Assembly: GCA_963833425.1 (NCBI GenBank)
Contig: CAWHXP010000013.1
Location: forward strand, 32,001 to 96,000
Source: an uncultured Methanosarcinaceae archaeon
Lineage (GTDB): Archaea > Halobacteriota > Methanosarcinia > Methanosarcinales > Methanosarcinaceae
Direction: 5' to 3'
Length of the DNA stretch: 64,000 nucleotides
The notes beneath the pieces are model-generated. The model was not told where the DNA came from. It ran no database searches and saw only the letters and a program-made list of their open reading frames with translations. This document shows positions 48,799 to 59,968 of the stretch, piece after piece. Within the stretch, counting starts at the first letter, position 1, and every line of letters begins with the position of its first letter. A program made the translations under genes and the position numbers.

Positions 48799-50724
48799 AT
48801 GAACAAGGTTAACAAGGAGACGGAAGACAATTCTGAATATCCTAAAAAATTTGAAAATCTAGAAATGAAGGAGATAAAGTCTATAAGTGAAAAACTTTCC
48901 GAAATGCACTGTGATATCAAAACAGTGATGGAATATTCCAACAGGCTTCGTTTCGAAACTGCTCTTGAAAGTTCAAGGCAGGAATATTCACATGCTCTTC
49001 TAAATCATCTTTTTGAAGATATAGAGACTGGACTTGAACGAAATATGGCGAAAAGATGTCCTGAAAAAGGAAATTGCATTTCTAAGTTCACGGCTATTCT
49101 ACAGCACAATGGAAGGATTCTAAAAAATATTAAAATAGATGAGGCCCTTATTTCGGACAACAGAAATAAGTTGGATGAACTGAAATGCAGAGCTCCTTAT
49201 AGGAAATGTGAGCGGTGCTTTTCCGAAGTTTCGAATCTCTTCATAAAACAAATAAACCTCATGCATTCCATAAAGAGTTATAAAATTGATCAAGGACAGA
49301 AGCCCGATATTTCAGCCCTAGAAACCAACGTGGTTATGAACGAAATCCTTGAGCCGGTCTCAAATAAACAGCGCTTGAAAATTTTAAAAGCTGTCGCCAT
49401 CGAACCGAAAAGCTTCTCCGCTTTTTCCAAACTTACGGGTCTTATAGCAGGGAACTTACACTTTCATCTCCAGAAACTCATGGACTGCGAGCTAATTCTG
49501 CAACAACATGATAGAGGAAATTATATGATCACTGAAAAAGGGCTCAAAATCCTGCAGAGTTTAAACGAGATATATTTTTCACTCCAATATTTCCCACAGC
49601 AAATATATCATTCTAATTTGTTTGAGGAATCGAAAAAGGAAAAATTAACTAGCGAATCGGAGATAGTAACACTTACTGAATCTCTAAAAAAAATGGCTCT
49701 GACCCGTGGGGCCGCCAAAGTAGGCATTGCAACGACAAAAAATCTTTTAGGCGGCCCTCCTTCCACCGACCTGACCTATGTGTTGCCAGAAGCAAAATCT
49801 GCTATCTGTTTTGCCCTAGCTTTTGATCAGAACCTTATAGACCCTTATTTCAGAAAACTGGATTACGAATCCCTTGAAATGAATAAGGTATTGACCACTA
49901 TCCTTGCCGATGGAATAGCTCTTGAAATTGCAAATTTTTTGCAGCAATCTGGATTCAAAGCTGCCCCTCAGGCTGCAAATTTCGTTTACCGGAAGGGTAC
50001 AGAAAATTGGCTGTTGGATATGCATCCTCCTATTTCCCACAGGTATCTGGCAGCACGCTCTGGGATAGGACATCTAGGATATTCAGGAAATATTATTACA
50101 AAGGAATATGGATCCGCGATTGTCTTGGCCACAGTCGTAACGGACGCTGAACTTATTCCAACAGACCCCTTGTCAGAAGAAGAAAACTATTGTGACGAAT
50201 GCAAGCTTTGCCTTTCAGTATGTTTATCTGGATACGTAGACCCTGTTGAGAAAATTTCTGTAACCCTGGGTGGAAAGGAGTTTAGTTATGGGAAGCGAAG
50301 AAGCAATAGTCGCGGTTTACTTGTATGTATGGGACTTACAGGTCTGAGTGCCTCAGGAAAATGGTCCACCTGGTCTCCTGGGCGCTTTAAAATTCCCGAA
50401 AAAGATGAAGAGTTCATTTCTGCAATAGCTACTGCCACACAAGCGTATCAAGAAAGACCGAAGTTAAAAGGCGGATTTTTTGTACCCATAATGTCAGGAT
50501 GCATGATGGAATATCCCTGTTCTAGCTGCCAGTTAGTCTGTCACCCTGACAAAGAAGTTCGAACAGCAAGATACAAGATGCTAATAGAAAGCGGAGTGGT
50601 CATACAAGAACTTGATGGAACTCGTAGAGTAGTATCCCCAGAAGAAGCAAAAGAGTATCTCAACTCCATACCTCTAGAAAAAAGAAAACTATATGAATCT
50701 ATTTCTGCGGGGGAATCGGTCTAA
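48799..50724 (+). CDS. Fusion of an Msr/ArsR-type winged-helix regulator with a QueG/reductive-dehalogenase-like Fe-S (cobalamin) domain
   Basis: aa ~1-263: CPEKGNC, CERC, LEPVSNKQRL..L...TGL..GNL.FHLQKL...Y.ITEKG. aa ~290-641: GAAKVGIA, SHRYLAARSGIG..G.SG, G..IVL..VVTDAEL, CDECKLCLSVC, CSSCQLVC. Confidence 0.88.
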   Translation: MNKVNKETEDNSEYPKKFENLEMKEIKSISEKLSEMHCDIKTVMEYSNRLRFETALESSRQEYSHALLNHLFEDIETGLERNMAKRCPEKGNCISKFTAILQHNGRILKNIKIDEALISDNRNKLDELKCRAPYRKCERCFSEVSNLFIKQINLMHSIKSYKIDQGQKPDISALETNVVMNEILEPVSNKQRLKILKAVAIEPKSFSAFSKLTGLIAGNLHFHLQKLMDCELILQQHDRGNYMITEKGLKILQSLNEIYFSLQYFPQQIYHSNLFEESKKEKLTSESEIVTLTESLKKMALTRGAAKVGIATTKNLLGGPPSTDLTYVLPEAKSAICFALAFDQNLIDPYFRKLDYESLEMNKVLTTILADGIALEIANFLQQSGFKAAPQAANFVYRKGTENWLLDMHPPISHRYLAARSGIGHLGYSGNIITKEYGSAIVLATVVTDAELIPTDPLSEEENYCDECKLCLSVCLSGYVDPVEKISVTLGGKEFSYGKRRSNSRGLLVCMGLTGLSASGKWSTWSPGRFKIPEKDEEFISAIATATQAYQERPKLKGGFFVPIMSGCMMEYPCSSCQLVCHPDKEVRTARYKMLIESGVVIQELDGTRRVVSPEEAKEYLNSIPLEKRKLYESISAGESV

Positions 50725-51031
50725 AAACAGAGGAAATTATTTCTTAAAACAAAATTTGGATTATCCTTTTTAAAGATATTCAAATTTTTAAGGATAAATC
50801 ATTTGGAGCTCAAGCCGTTGAACTGAAAAATCAATGACATTAAACCTATAAATCTATAAAGGATGTATTTTAACTTTAATATCTGTTTCACTTTTTTTGT
50901 ACTTCATTGATGCTTGAAGACTTATATGCATGTGGTAACTGCCTCATGTATTCCTTCGATCTTGGGGAGACTGGATAAAATTTATACATAACAAAATTTG
51001 GTGACAACATCTCCTCCAATGCTCAAATTTT

Positions 51032-51163
51032 GGCTTTGTAGAAATTCTCCTAAAATATAATCTTTAGACTATAATGAGCATTTACCCTTATTGATATCAA
51101 AGCTAATTTTATAATATTATGATTTTGAAGTGCTGCTCGAATTTGGAGGATTTCTACATAGCC
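51032..51163. mobile_element. MITE with the TIRs of the 19153-type IS5
   Basis: GGCTTTGTAGAAATTCTCC...GGAGGATTTCTACATAGCC, 132 bp; flanks CAAATTTT/TAAATTTC. Confidence 0.8.
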
Positions 51164-51165
51164 TA

Positions 51166-51278
51166 AATTTCAATATTGAATTTTCCTTCTTTTTTAGCGG
51201 AAAATAAGAAGAATATTATAACTAAATAATTATAATATTATAGTGTAAAAATTCAATTTAGAGCATTTCTACAAAGCC
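51166..51278 (-). mobile_element. Solo left end of the 19153-type IS5
   Basis: Matches ~48375-48486, ends ATTTCTACAAAGCC. Confidence 0.85.
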
Positions 51279-52110
51279 TACTTCTTCTTAATATTTAAAA
51301 AAATATTGAATGGAGTAAAGTGATGCTGATGAATTCTAAAGATAAAATAAGAGGATACGTCATACCCAAATGCCTTCAGAATGGATTGTGAAGTTACCTT
51401 CCAATTCAGTGAGACACACATATGGATGGATATGTATATTTGGCACTTAAAAGTGGTGAAGACGTCTAAAGATTTAGTAGTCACCTTGAAAGATATAAAT
51501 TCATTTTTACTTTCCCATATTGGGCTTTTCCGAAAGCATTGAATGAGTTAGAAAAATGTGGGATGATAAAGCTACAAGACAACGTGGTAAAAGTCCCACT
51601 TTAACTGTGTTATATGACGTTTGTATGAAGGATGTCCAACTTTAAATTTTGATAAAAGAGATGGAATAACAGTGAATAGGTAATGATGTGGCGCTTGATC
51701 TGTTCTATAAAACTAATTTCCTAATTTTTATTTCAATTCGCAATCTATAGAATTAATATTTATTAGATTTCGTCCATGTGTTTGAATCCGGAGCAAATAC
51801 CCTAAGCAGCTCTTTAAGGGCTTTCATGAACCTTATACCCATATTCTCCTTACCGATCATTTTAGTTATATTCCCCAGTAATGTCTTGTGCCCCATCATT
51901 ATAGTCATATTCTCCTGACTCGTAATACAAATAAAATTTTCAAAAATTTTATATGAAGAGTGAACTACTCCTCTCTAACCTTCGATTCTCCAGTTCTTCT
52001 AGGACAGATTTGCTAACCCTAAGGATATATTCTTTCATACTCAACTCAAGAGTTTATCAAAGGATGGCAAATATTCATAATCTATCTAAAGAAATTTTTA
52101 CTTATTGTTT

Positions 52111-52659
52111 TCATGTCCTCATTTTCATTCCCCCAATAACTTCTCCAATTCCACCGAAAATAAGGAAAAATCCAAATACCCATGGCAGCAGCAGGATTCC
52201 CGCTAGGGAGTTAGTTAATAGAAGTAAGCCCAGGATTATGTTAAGCAAGCCACAAATTCCCATGCCCATTCCTCCCCCTTTAAGCGACAAAGTAAATCTC
52301 ACAGCACCGTTGATAAGAACTAAAATTCCTATTAAGAGAATGAAAAGTTTAAGAACTATGAAAGGACTGAGGATGGGATACATAATTATAACAACTCCTG
52401 CAATAATGCTCAAGATACCTGAAATCGGGTTCCACATCCGGTTCTTCGTAAAAATCAGTGATTCTATAACAGAAATAATTCCTTGAGCTAGCCAAAAAAT
52501 GGCTAAAATTTGTATTAGCAGAATGGTGGTTGCTATAGGCTCGTATAAGAGAAATATGCCTATAAGAATAGCAATAATCCCTTCCAAAAAAACCGACCAC
52601 CAAGGTGGCTGCACTACTTCAAATTTTATCATTGACTCAGTATAAATTGGTTGTTCCAT
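52111..52659 (-). CDS. HdeD/DUF308-family membrane protein
   Basis: WWSVFLEGIIAILIGIFLL..P repeat, six TM segments. Confidence 0.85.
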   Translation of the reverse strand: MEQPIYTESMIKFEVVQPPWWSVFLEGIIAILIGIFLLYEPIATTILLIQILAIFWLAQGIISVIESLIFTKNRMWNPISGILSIIAGVVIIMYPILSPFIVLKLFILLIGILVLINGAVRFTLSLKGGGMGMGICGLLNIILGLLLLTNSLAGILLLPWVFGFFLIFGGIGEVIGGMKMRT

Positions 52660-52769
52660 ATAATATCTCTCCCTAATTATTTTGACGCGTTATGCAGACA
52701 TTCCCCCTACCAAGATACGATACGTAGGCAAGATACACCAAAGCGTTACCTGTCCAGGACCAAACACTT

Positions 52770-52905
52770 CAGAATCAGATGTCTGTTGCTGTGTCGATCA
52801 CAGAGACAGGGTTGCTGCCTTTCATTCGTTACATTACTTTCGTTCCATAGGGGAGACTGCAACTCCCCCAGTCCAGCTTTCAGCATTTCCCATGGCTATA
52901 CCTTA
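52770..52905 (-). pseudogene. YVTN beta-propeller repeat relic
   Basis: GGVAVSP-GTKV-VTN...VSVIDTATD across frameshifts. Confidence 0.6.
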
Positions 52906-53007
52906 TTTTTGATAACTATTCAAACTACCAAAAATTAGTTGGTTGGTGTCTATTCTATCACATCAACAAAATTCGATGAACAATAATATTTACTAGTTTG
53001 TTCTTTA

Positions 53008-53150
53008 TTTTAAATTAATTATAAAAAAAATAGTTTCTGGATAAAAATTACTTCTAGATAAAATATTTTAACACTGAACAACTATTTATTATTAATTATA
53101 GTTTTAATTATTTCTAGATAACATCACAAGACTATCAATAATTAACATAC
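53008..53150 (-). promoter_or_regulatory. Conserved upstream module, copy 2 (faces the YVTN relic and hdeD-like gene)
   Basis: TTTAAATTAATTATAAAAAAAATAGTTTCTGGATAAAAATTAC...ATATTTTAA. Confidence 0.6.
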
Positions 53151-53418
53151 TTTACTAGACAACAACCATTATCATAAAATATTGCTATTTTTCAAATTTT
53201 ACATTTAATTTCGATAGGTTTCTTTAATAGTGGAACTAAAGTTCTGTGAAATCTGATTGGCTCTTTTACCATTTTCTTTCACTGCAAAAAAATCCGGGTG
53301 CTGAACCAATGGTTATGTTAAAAAAGTATGTTCTATTGTTTCATTAATGCATAGTTTTTTTGCGATAAAACCTATGTATTAGTAAAACAGAGACAAAAAC
53401 TGTATTCAGAAGTTATTT

Positions 53419-53515
53419 TAAAACATTATTACTATTAAAGCAATGTTCAATTTTAAAATATTTAGGCGAACATAAGTTTTATTCAGAAACTATTTTTTTG
53501 ATAAATACTTTAAAA
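53419..53515 (+). promoter_or_regulatory. Conserved upstream module, copy 3 (faces ycaC-like gene)
   Basis: TTAAAATAT...TTTTATTCAGAAACTATTTTTTTGATAA, the inverted copy of the module. Confidence 0.6.
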
Positions 53516-53619
53516 TAACTAAAAAGCAAAGTAAATTTTGTAGTTCATTGAAATTTTATTATTCAGACAACATAAATGAAACTAGAGAGATTATCTTACC
53601 TAAACAGAAAGTCTAAGCC

Positions 53620-54263
53620 ATGTCCAAAGCGAATCCAATTCCGGGAAAAACGCTTCTGAATCCGACCAACCATACGTGATCATGATCGATAATCAGTCGC
53701 AGATGGCCTTCGCTACCAAGTCGATTGATATCGTATATCTCCGTAACAACGCTGGACTTGTCGCCAGTGCGGCAAAAGAATTCAAAGTCTCAACCATTCT
53801 GACTACCATTGCAGAAAAAACATTCAGTGGCCCTATTTCCGGTGAAATCAAAGAAGTTTTTCCTCACGAAGAAATTATTGATCGTTCAATTATCAATGCA
53901 TGGGAAGACAGCCGTATCACTGATAAGATCAATAAATTTGGCAAAGACAAAATCGTTCTTTGCGGTTTGTGGACGAGCGTTTGTATTGCGGATCCAGCGC
54001 TGTCGGCAATTGATCAAGGCTTTGAAGTCTATTTCATCGCGGACGCCTGCGGCGATATTTCGACTGAAGCACATGATCGCGCTTGTGAACGTATGATTCA
54101 AGCTGGATGCCGTCCCATGACTAGCGTGCAATATCTTCTTGAATTGCAACGCGACTGGGCGCGTGTCGAGACTTACAACGAAACATGTGCCAACTCTATT
54201 AAGTTCGGTGGCGCTTATGGCCTTGGCCTCATTTATGCCCAAACAATGATCGTTGGCCATTAA
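53620..54263 (+). pseudogene. YcaC-like isochorismatase-family hydrolase with a 1-bp frameshift near codon 19
   Basis: MSKANPIPGKTLLNPTNHT / IMIDNQ, INAWED, GLWTSVC, ELQRDWAR; more GC-rich than its flanks. Confidence 0.85.
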
Positions 54264-54289
54264 AGTGCGAAAGGAACTTAACTCATAAA

Positions 54290-54319
54290 GGGCTGTATTT
54301 TGCAGCCCCTTCTTTTTTT
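54290..54319 (+). terminator. GC hairpin plus T tract
   Basis: GGGCTG-TATTTTG-CAGCCC then CTTCTTTTTTT. Confidence 0.6.
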
Positions 54320-54602
54320 GCAGAATTGTGGGGGCGCTATGACAGTTAAAACAGTTCTCTTTTATTTAAAAACTTACAGGAATTATTTTATTCAATTTTC
54401 ATAAGGATTCATACAAAGTTTTTTTTGTAATTAAAGCTATGTATTTTTGGTTTGAAATTTAGATAAAAAGTTTCTGCTGTAGTCGTTTATTTTTTGTTAG
54501 TTTTTCTAATTTTGAGTACATCATACTATTATGCATAGATTTTATTAAAAAATATTTCATATTAAATAGCCGAAAAGTTGCTATATCCACATTCATGAAT
54601 AA

Positions 54603-54668
54603 GATGGATTCTTATCAACTGTTATTGCTCTCGGCATTTGATTGTGATTTGAACTCAATGTTTCTTAG
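54603..54668 (-). mobile_element. Short IS6 transposase fragment
   Basis: Aligns to ~56235-56300. Confidence 0.55.
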
Positions 54669-54798
54669 GGAAAATGAAGAGGTTTCCACTTAATTCGACG
54701 AGGATATGTAACTTGAAGAGGATATATAATTAGACTAATCTACTTTGGGTCAAAAGCTATTTACAAAGCTGAAAAATTTCGATTAAGGGTGAGGATTT

Positions 54799-55580
54799 AT
54801 GAGCAAGAAAATACTTATTACTGGTGCTGGGCATGGTTTAGGCAAAGGAGTAGCATTGGGTTTGGCCAAGCAGGTCACAAAGTTATTGCGACTGCACAAA
54901 TCTGGCCACAGGTTTGGGATTTAAGATGTGAAACCAAAGAACAGGCTATCGAGCTTGATGTAATTAAGCTTGATATTCGAGATGACATAGATAGACGGCA
55001 TGCTCTGACCTATGATATTGACATTTTGGTCAACAATGCAGGAATTGGAAAATCGATCCCATGGCCGAGATACCTATTTATAGAGTACGTGAATCCTTCG
55101 AGACAAATGTTTTTAGTCGCCTAGAGCTAATGCAGGACTTTGTGCATAAGATGATCAAACAAGGACGTGAGAAAGTTGTCTGGATTTCTTCGGAGGACGG
55201 TATTTTGACGGATGCTTTTGCAGGAACTTATTGCGCTACTAAGCATGCTATCGAAGCTATCGCCTGGGCGATGAAAGAAGAGCTTGATCCTATGGAATTC
55301 AGGTCACAACGATTAACCCGGGAGCCTATCGGACTGGTTTTAACGACATAGGATTAGATGATGGCATCAATGGTACGATCCTGAAAAAAATTTAATCAAA
55401 CCCCGAGACCCCAGTGAAATGGCTGAAGAGTTATCCAAACAGCGTGATCCACAAGAGATGATCGATGTTATTGTGGAAGTAATCAAAGCTGACAACCATA
55501 TGTACCGCACTGTAAAACCAGATGAAGATGTGCATGAGCTGAAAAAGTTTCAGGCTAATGTATGGAAGGCTGGGGTATAA
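54799..55580 (+). pseudogene. Short-chain dehydrogenase/reductase pseudogene
   Basis: MSKKILITGAGHGLG, ILVNNAG, YCATK; at least three frameshifts and a deletion. Confidence 0.88.
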
Positions 55581-55597
55581 GGAAATATTAGTTTTGG

Positions 55598-55749
55598 AGG
55601 TACTGTTGCAAAAAATCAAAATATTTTACAAAAATCGTTGAAAACTTTCACAATAAGGTGATTTAGTGATCAAACTGGGGTTTAAACAGCATTTAAAGGA
55701 AATTAAAATGTCCTCAAAGTACAGAAAAATTCTTTTTGCAATGGAACCC
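55598..55749. mobile_element. IS6-derived MITE (152 bp)
   Basis: GGTACTGTTGCAAAAA...TTTTTGCAATGGAACCC; reverse homolog of 25662-25812. Confidence 0.8.
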
Positions 55750-55862
55750 TAGTACTAATTGTCGTCGTTTTACCCCAAAATTGAATCGTAGTCAGTCTGT
55801 GCATGATTAGGTCTTTCCGCTGTTCCGTCTCACTCCCCTACATAATAAAAAGTCTTCCAAAA

Positions 55863-56719
55863 GGGTTCCGTTGCAAAAAATTCAAAAAAAGATGTGACTC
55901 CATAAGTAATGAACAAAAGTCAAAAGTATCCGAGGAAAATGTATCAATATTATAAAACTAAACCAAATAATTGATTAATGTATTTGACTTCATTAAGAAC
56001 AGAGTAATTTAGATCGATTACTTGTCCTTTTTTGATCATATTTATAGCTTCAATTCCTTTTAAAGTCTTATTAGCAGATCGAAAAGACTGAAATCCTAAC
56101 ATTGGATTAACGATTCGCTTCATAGATCTGTGATCTTGTTCTATAATGTTATTCAAATACTTGATTTGTCTAATGCCTACGTTTTTAGGTAGTATTTTAT
56201 CATTTTTCAGTCCATCTATAGCAAGTGGATAAGCTGGATTCTTATCAACGGTTATTACTCCTGAAATTTGATTATGATTAGAACTCAAAACTTTCTTAAA
56301 GAATCTCTTCGCTACTTTTCTATTTCGTTTTGAACTTAACATGAAATCATTTGTATCTCCATTTGAGTCAACTGCTCGGTAAAAATATTTCCATTTACTT
56401 TGTACTTTGATATAGGTTTCATCAACTCTCCACGAATCGTTTGTTGGTCTTAAATGTTTTCTGATCTTCTTTTCTATTTCAGGGGAATATCGATGTACCT
56501 ATCTCATAATTTTCGTATGGTAGACTTTTATTCCCCTTTCTGCCATCATTTTCTTTAATTTCTATAGCTTAATGCATATTTTAGGTACCATCTTACATTC
56601 AATAGGATAATTTCTCCGTTATAATGCTTCCATTTAAAGGAATTAGATAGCATGTCACTACCTTTGGTTTTCTTTTTATTCTATTGTATCATTAGAAAGG
56701 ATTTTTTGCAACGGAACCC
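55863..56719 (-). mobile_element. IS6-family element, transposase pseudogene at 55950-56653
   Basis: Perfect TIR GGGTTCCGTTGCAAAAAAT; FKWKHY, SWRVDETY, YRAVD, NNIIEQDHR; frameshift and internal TAG. Confidence 0.93.
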
Positions 56720-56909
56720 TTTTTATTCTGTAATTCCGTTCTTGCATTTGACCCAAAACGCTTTATCAGCAAAAATCTCTATCGATCTATAGATAGTCTT
56801 TTGAATTTAAAATTTTTAAACCCAAATTTATTGGGATTAAAGGTTTACACAATGAAACATTTTTTTTAATTGAAAATATCAGCGATCCATAGATCTGAAA
56901 GCTGTAATT

Positions 56910-57569
56910 TCACAGCCCTACTCTGGTTTTGAAATTTTCAAGGCCGATTTCTTCGATATATTTTCCTAGCCTCTTTTTTGTACCTGAGCTTTTGTAGAAA
57001 TTTAATATTTTATCTACTACCTCAAGGACTTCCTCTTCAGATAACTCCTTTGCGACAACTTCAGCAATTCTTGGCGCTGCAGCTGCAGAGCCTCCAACCA
57101 TCAAGGTATATCCTTTGGCAGTGCCCATTATCCCTATGTCCTTGATAGCAGGTTCAGCGCAGGAGTTTGGACAGCCGCATACAGCCATTTTTAGTTTGGA
57201 AGGCATAGGCATTCCATGATACTTCTCATCGAGTTTTAGGCCCAAACCAACTGCATCCTGCTTCCCCTGCTTGCAGAAAGTCGTCCCTGGACAAAGTTTT
57301 ATGCTCCTAACACAAAGCCCTATTGCTGCTCCAGGATGCATACCAAGATCTGTCCACACACTATCGAGATCCTCTTTTTTCAGACCAACGATTGCTATTC
57401 TTTGAGCAGAAGTAATCTTGAGGGCTGAAGCTCCGTACCTTTCGGCGACATCGCCGATTTTCCTTAGGGTTGCAGGGTCTACAAGTCCTCCGGAGATCTG
57501 GGGAGCGATGGCGTATGTTTCACGGTCTCGCTGAACTATTGCGCCTTTTTCTGGTAAGTTATCTTTCAT
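56910..57569 (-). CDS. Small siroheme/4Fe-4S sulfite/nitrite-reductase-like protein (alSir-like)
   Basis: MKDNLPEKGAIVQRD with GGAGG RBS; TSAQR, CPGTTFC, GCPNSC; 219 aa. Confidence 0.88.
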   Translation of the reverse strand: MKDNLPEKGAIVQRDRETYAIAPQISGGLVDPATLRKIGDVAERYGASALKITSAQRIAIVGLKKEDLDSVWTDLGMHPGAAIGLCVRSIKLCPGTTFCKQGKQDAVGLGLKLDEKYHGMPMPSKLKMAVCGCPNSCAEPAIKDIGIMGTAKGYTLMVGGSAAAAPRIAEVVAKELSEEEVLEVVDKILNFYKSSGTKKRLGKYIEEIGLENFKTRVGL

Positions 57570-57918
57570 ATTTTTCCTTCCTCCAAATTTATATTTTGAG
57601 ATTTTACTGTATAATGAAACTACTTGATAGTTCTTGTGTAGCGAAAGCAAAATATCTCAGTTGTGAACTGATTATAAGTCTGTTTTAACTATACCTAATG
57701 CATCGATTTCAAAATATTTTTTTTGTGGGAACGTCATTGATCAATGGCCAGAGTTATAAGTTTAGGTTTATGGATATACTCCGGAATAGACGCATTCGAA
57801 AGCTTTTACTATATTTACTTTAACAAATATTATAACTCAAATTATTTTTAAGTATGCTTTTGATACCAGTATATTCGAGATATCGATTTATATATTAAAC
57901 AGTTTCTATGTCTATACT

Positions 57919-58275
57919 ATGAAAGACTGCACAGTCTATAAGACAATGAATATAATTGGGAAAAAATGGACTATTCACATACTTCTCGAATTGCACAAAG
58001 GAGAAATGAAGAAGAAACGCTTTAATGAACTAAAAAGAAAGCTCGTTTACATAACCCCAAAAATACTTTCTGAAAGGCTGACAGAACTAGAAGATGAAGG
58101 CTTGATTGCAAATAAGGTTGACGACTCAACAGAGCTCCCAAAATCCGAGTATTACTTAACTGAAAGTGGTATGGATTTTGTGAAGATAATACAAGCAATT
58201 AAATGCTGGGGACTGAAGTGGAAATTCCAGGATGAAGAGTGTGAGAAGGCTATTTGTATGTATTGTGACCACTGA
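57919..58275 (+). CDS. HxlR-family winged-helix regulator
   Basis: C.V...IGKKW, RFNEL, ITPKILSERL.ELE, EY.LT..G; C-terminal C...C..C. Confidence 0.9.
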   Translation: MKDCTVYKTMNIIGKKWTIHILLELHKGEMKKKRFNELKRKLVYITPKILSERLTELEDEGLIANKVDDSTELPKSEYYLTESGMDFVKIIQAIKCWGLKWKFQDEECEKAICMYCDH

Positions 58276-59169
58276 GCGAGCGGAGTGCAAATACAAAACT
58301 AAGCAAAGAGGTATATAGAATTTATTGTAATAGAAGATTGAAAGTTATCGTTTTTAACTCTGTATTATGGCTTGCAATTCTTAAACATTATAGAGATTAC
58401 ATAGTTGGAATGAAAGATCTATAGCATTAAGTCTTCAACTATCTAAATTGTGCATTTGAATTACAAAGTCAAATGTGCTTTATTTTAATCAGCAAGTGAA
58501 TAAGTCTTAATTAAGGGACCCTACATTTATTTACCATCGGTTAACAAATTTTATGTACATCTTCGAACCAATATACGGATTTCACGATTTGGATTATGAA
58601 TACCGGATTTTTAAAAACGAGATTCATATCCAGTTACATTAGTATAAACAAGTCTCATCTGCACCGTATCTAAAGGGCTATAGGCTTTCAGCCTTTGTAT
58701 TTTACTTTTAATGTCTCATTGGTGTCATTGATCGTCAACTAATTTATGATTGATTACACGACATTTTCTAAAAACAGTTTCGGTTTAGAGTATATGCTCG
58801 TAACTTTCCTGAAATGTTCGGTACTATACGGAATTTGAAGATCTTAGTTTCTTAAATTCAAATATTGGTTTAGGTATAGACAAGCATTTCGAATTTGAAA
58901 CTATCCTATTAATACATTGAAACACATAATTGTGTATACAAGAGTGCAGTAGTCGGTGTTATACACATCAACACAAGCTGTTCATAGGCAAGAAATAAGT
59001 GATAGAATTTAAAAGGACATAAATTTTTGAAAAAAAATATGCTACCAAAAAGGTGCTGTATTCGAAGCAGCAACAATCAAATTTAAGGCTATAGCCCTTG
59101 GTCGTTAAGTTTGGAAATATGAAAATCATTTCTGTTCAGGTCTTTTTTTACATGCATAGTTTTTATGTG

Positions 59170-59300
59170 GATAAACTACTTTTATTGTGCCAAGTTTTTG
59201 AGTTCTGCAAGTTAATTTCAATCGCTTTTTGTATGCTTTATTGTTTCATCCGACTGGTCTAATGTCACTAAAGAGATTCTTTATTGAACCAAGAATCTGA
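59170..59300 (-). pseudogene. TPR repeat relic
   Basis: SWFNK..SL..L..SDETIKAY / KAIEIN.QNSKTWHNK. Confidence 0.55.
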
Positions 59301-59611
59301 ATCTTGCATCATGTCAGTTATACTCACCAGGATTTAAAACGCCAACATATTGATTCCTAATACTTTTATAAAGATATGCCCTCTTCTTGCTTTATCGTAT
59401 GTAGCTTTTCAATTTTCAGCCTCTTGATGTTTATTCAGATATCAATGCTGAAAAATAACCACAACGTGATGTAGCTAATTTTAATTATGGGCAGACAGAA
59501 TCAATAAAAGGTAGGTAAGATTATAATCTTCAATTGTCAAACCCTTACCCTCTACGGGTGATCTGTGGGATAACTGATTTAACTTCAACTAAATTTGTTT
59601 GATTTGGTCTT

Positions 59612-59968
59612 CTAATAATTTTTGACCTTTGAGTGTAATATTCTATTTTCTACTATTATCAGACTAACTTCTGCATCCAGTACTTTGTTTATTGCTTCTT
59701 CACGTTTTGTTTCTGCTTTCCTTATTAGGTCTCCAATACTTTGGATTTGTGAATCTAATTTATTGGTGATTGTATCTAATTTTTTAGATTGGGTTTGTAT
59801 AATCTTAGATTCTGCTAATTTCCTCAGGTTGTTAGCAGCATTTATTAAATCCTCGAAATACTTGACTTTTTCCATTTCTATATTGAGCTCTGCTTTTATT
59901 TTTTCAAACTCTTCTTCGTCAATCTTTCTGTTATGTTCTTGTTTTTCGATATCATGTTCTGTATTCAT
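59612..59968 (-). CDS. Hypothetical coiled-coil protein
   Basis: 118-aa ORF with AGAGG RBS, E/K-rich heptads. Confidence 0.6.
   Translation of the reverse strand: MNTEHDIEKQEHNRKIDEEEFEKIKAELNIEMEKVKYFEDLINAANNLRKLAESKIIQTQSKKLDTITNKLDSQIQSIGDLIRKAETKREEAINKVLDAEVSLIIVENRILHSKVKNY

Noticed and set aside
49660..50724. Literal queG (epoxyqueuosine reductase) annotation
   Set aside because: Only superfamily-level motifs are visible, and archaea are not known to make queuosine
51290..51930. Coding-like debris, including three GGAGAATAT-type repeats
   Set aside because: Fragments too decayed to assign to a family
57570..57650. 27-aa N-terminal extension of the sulfite-reductase-like ORF
   Set aside because: A GGAGG RBS precedes the ATG at 57569, where the family-like sequence starts
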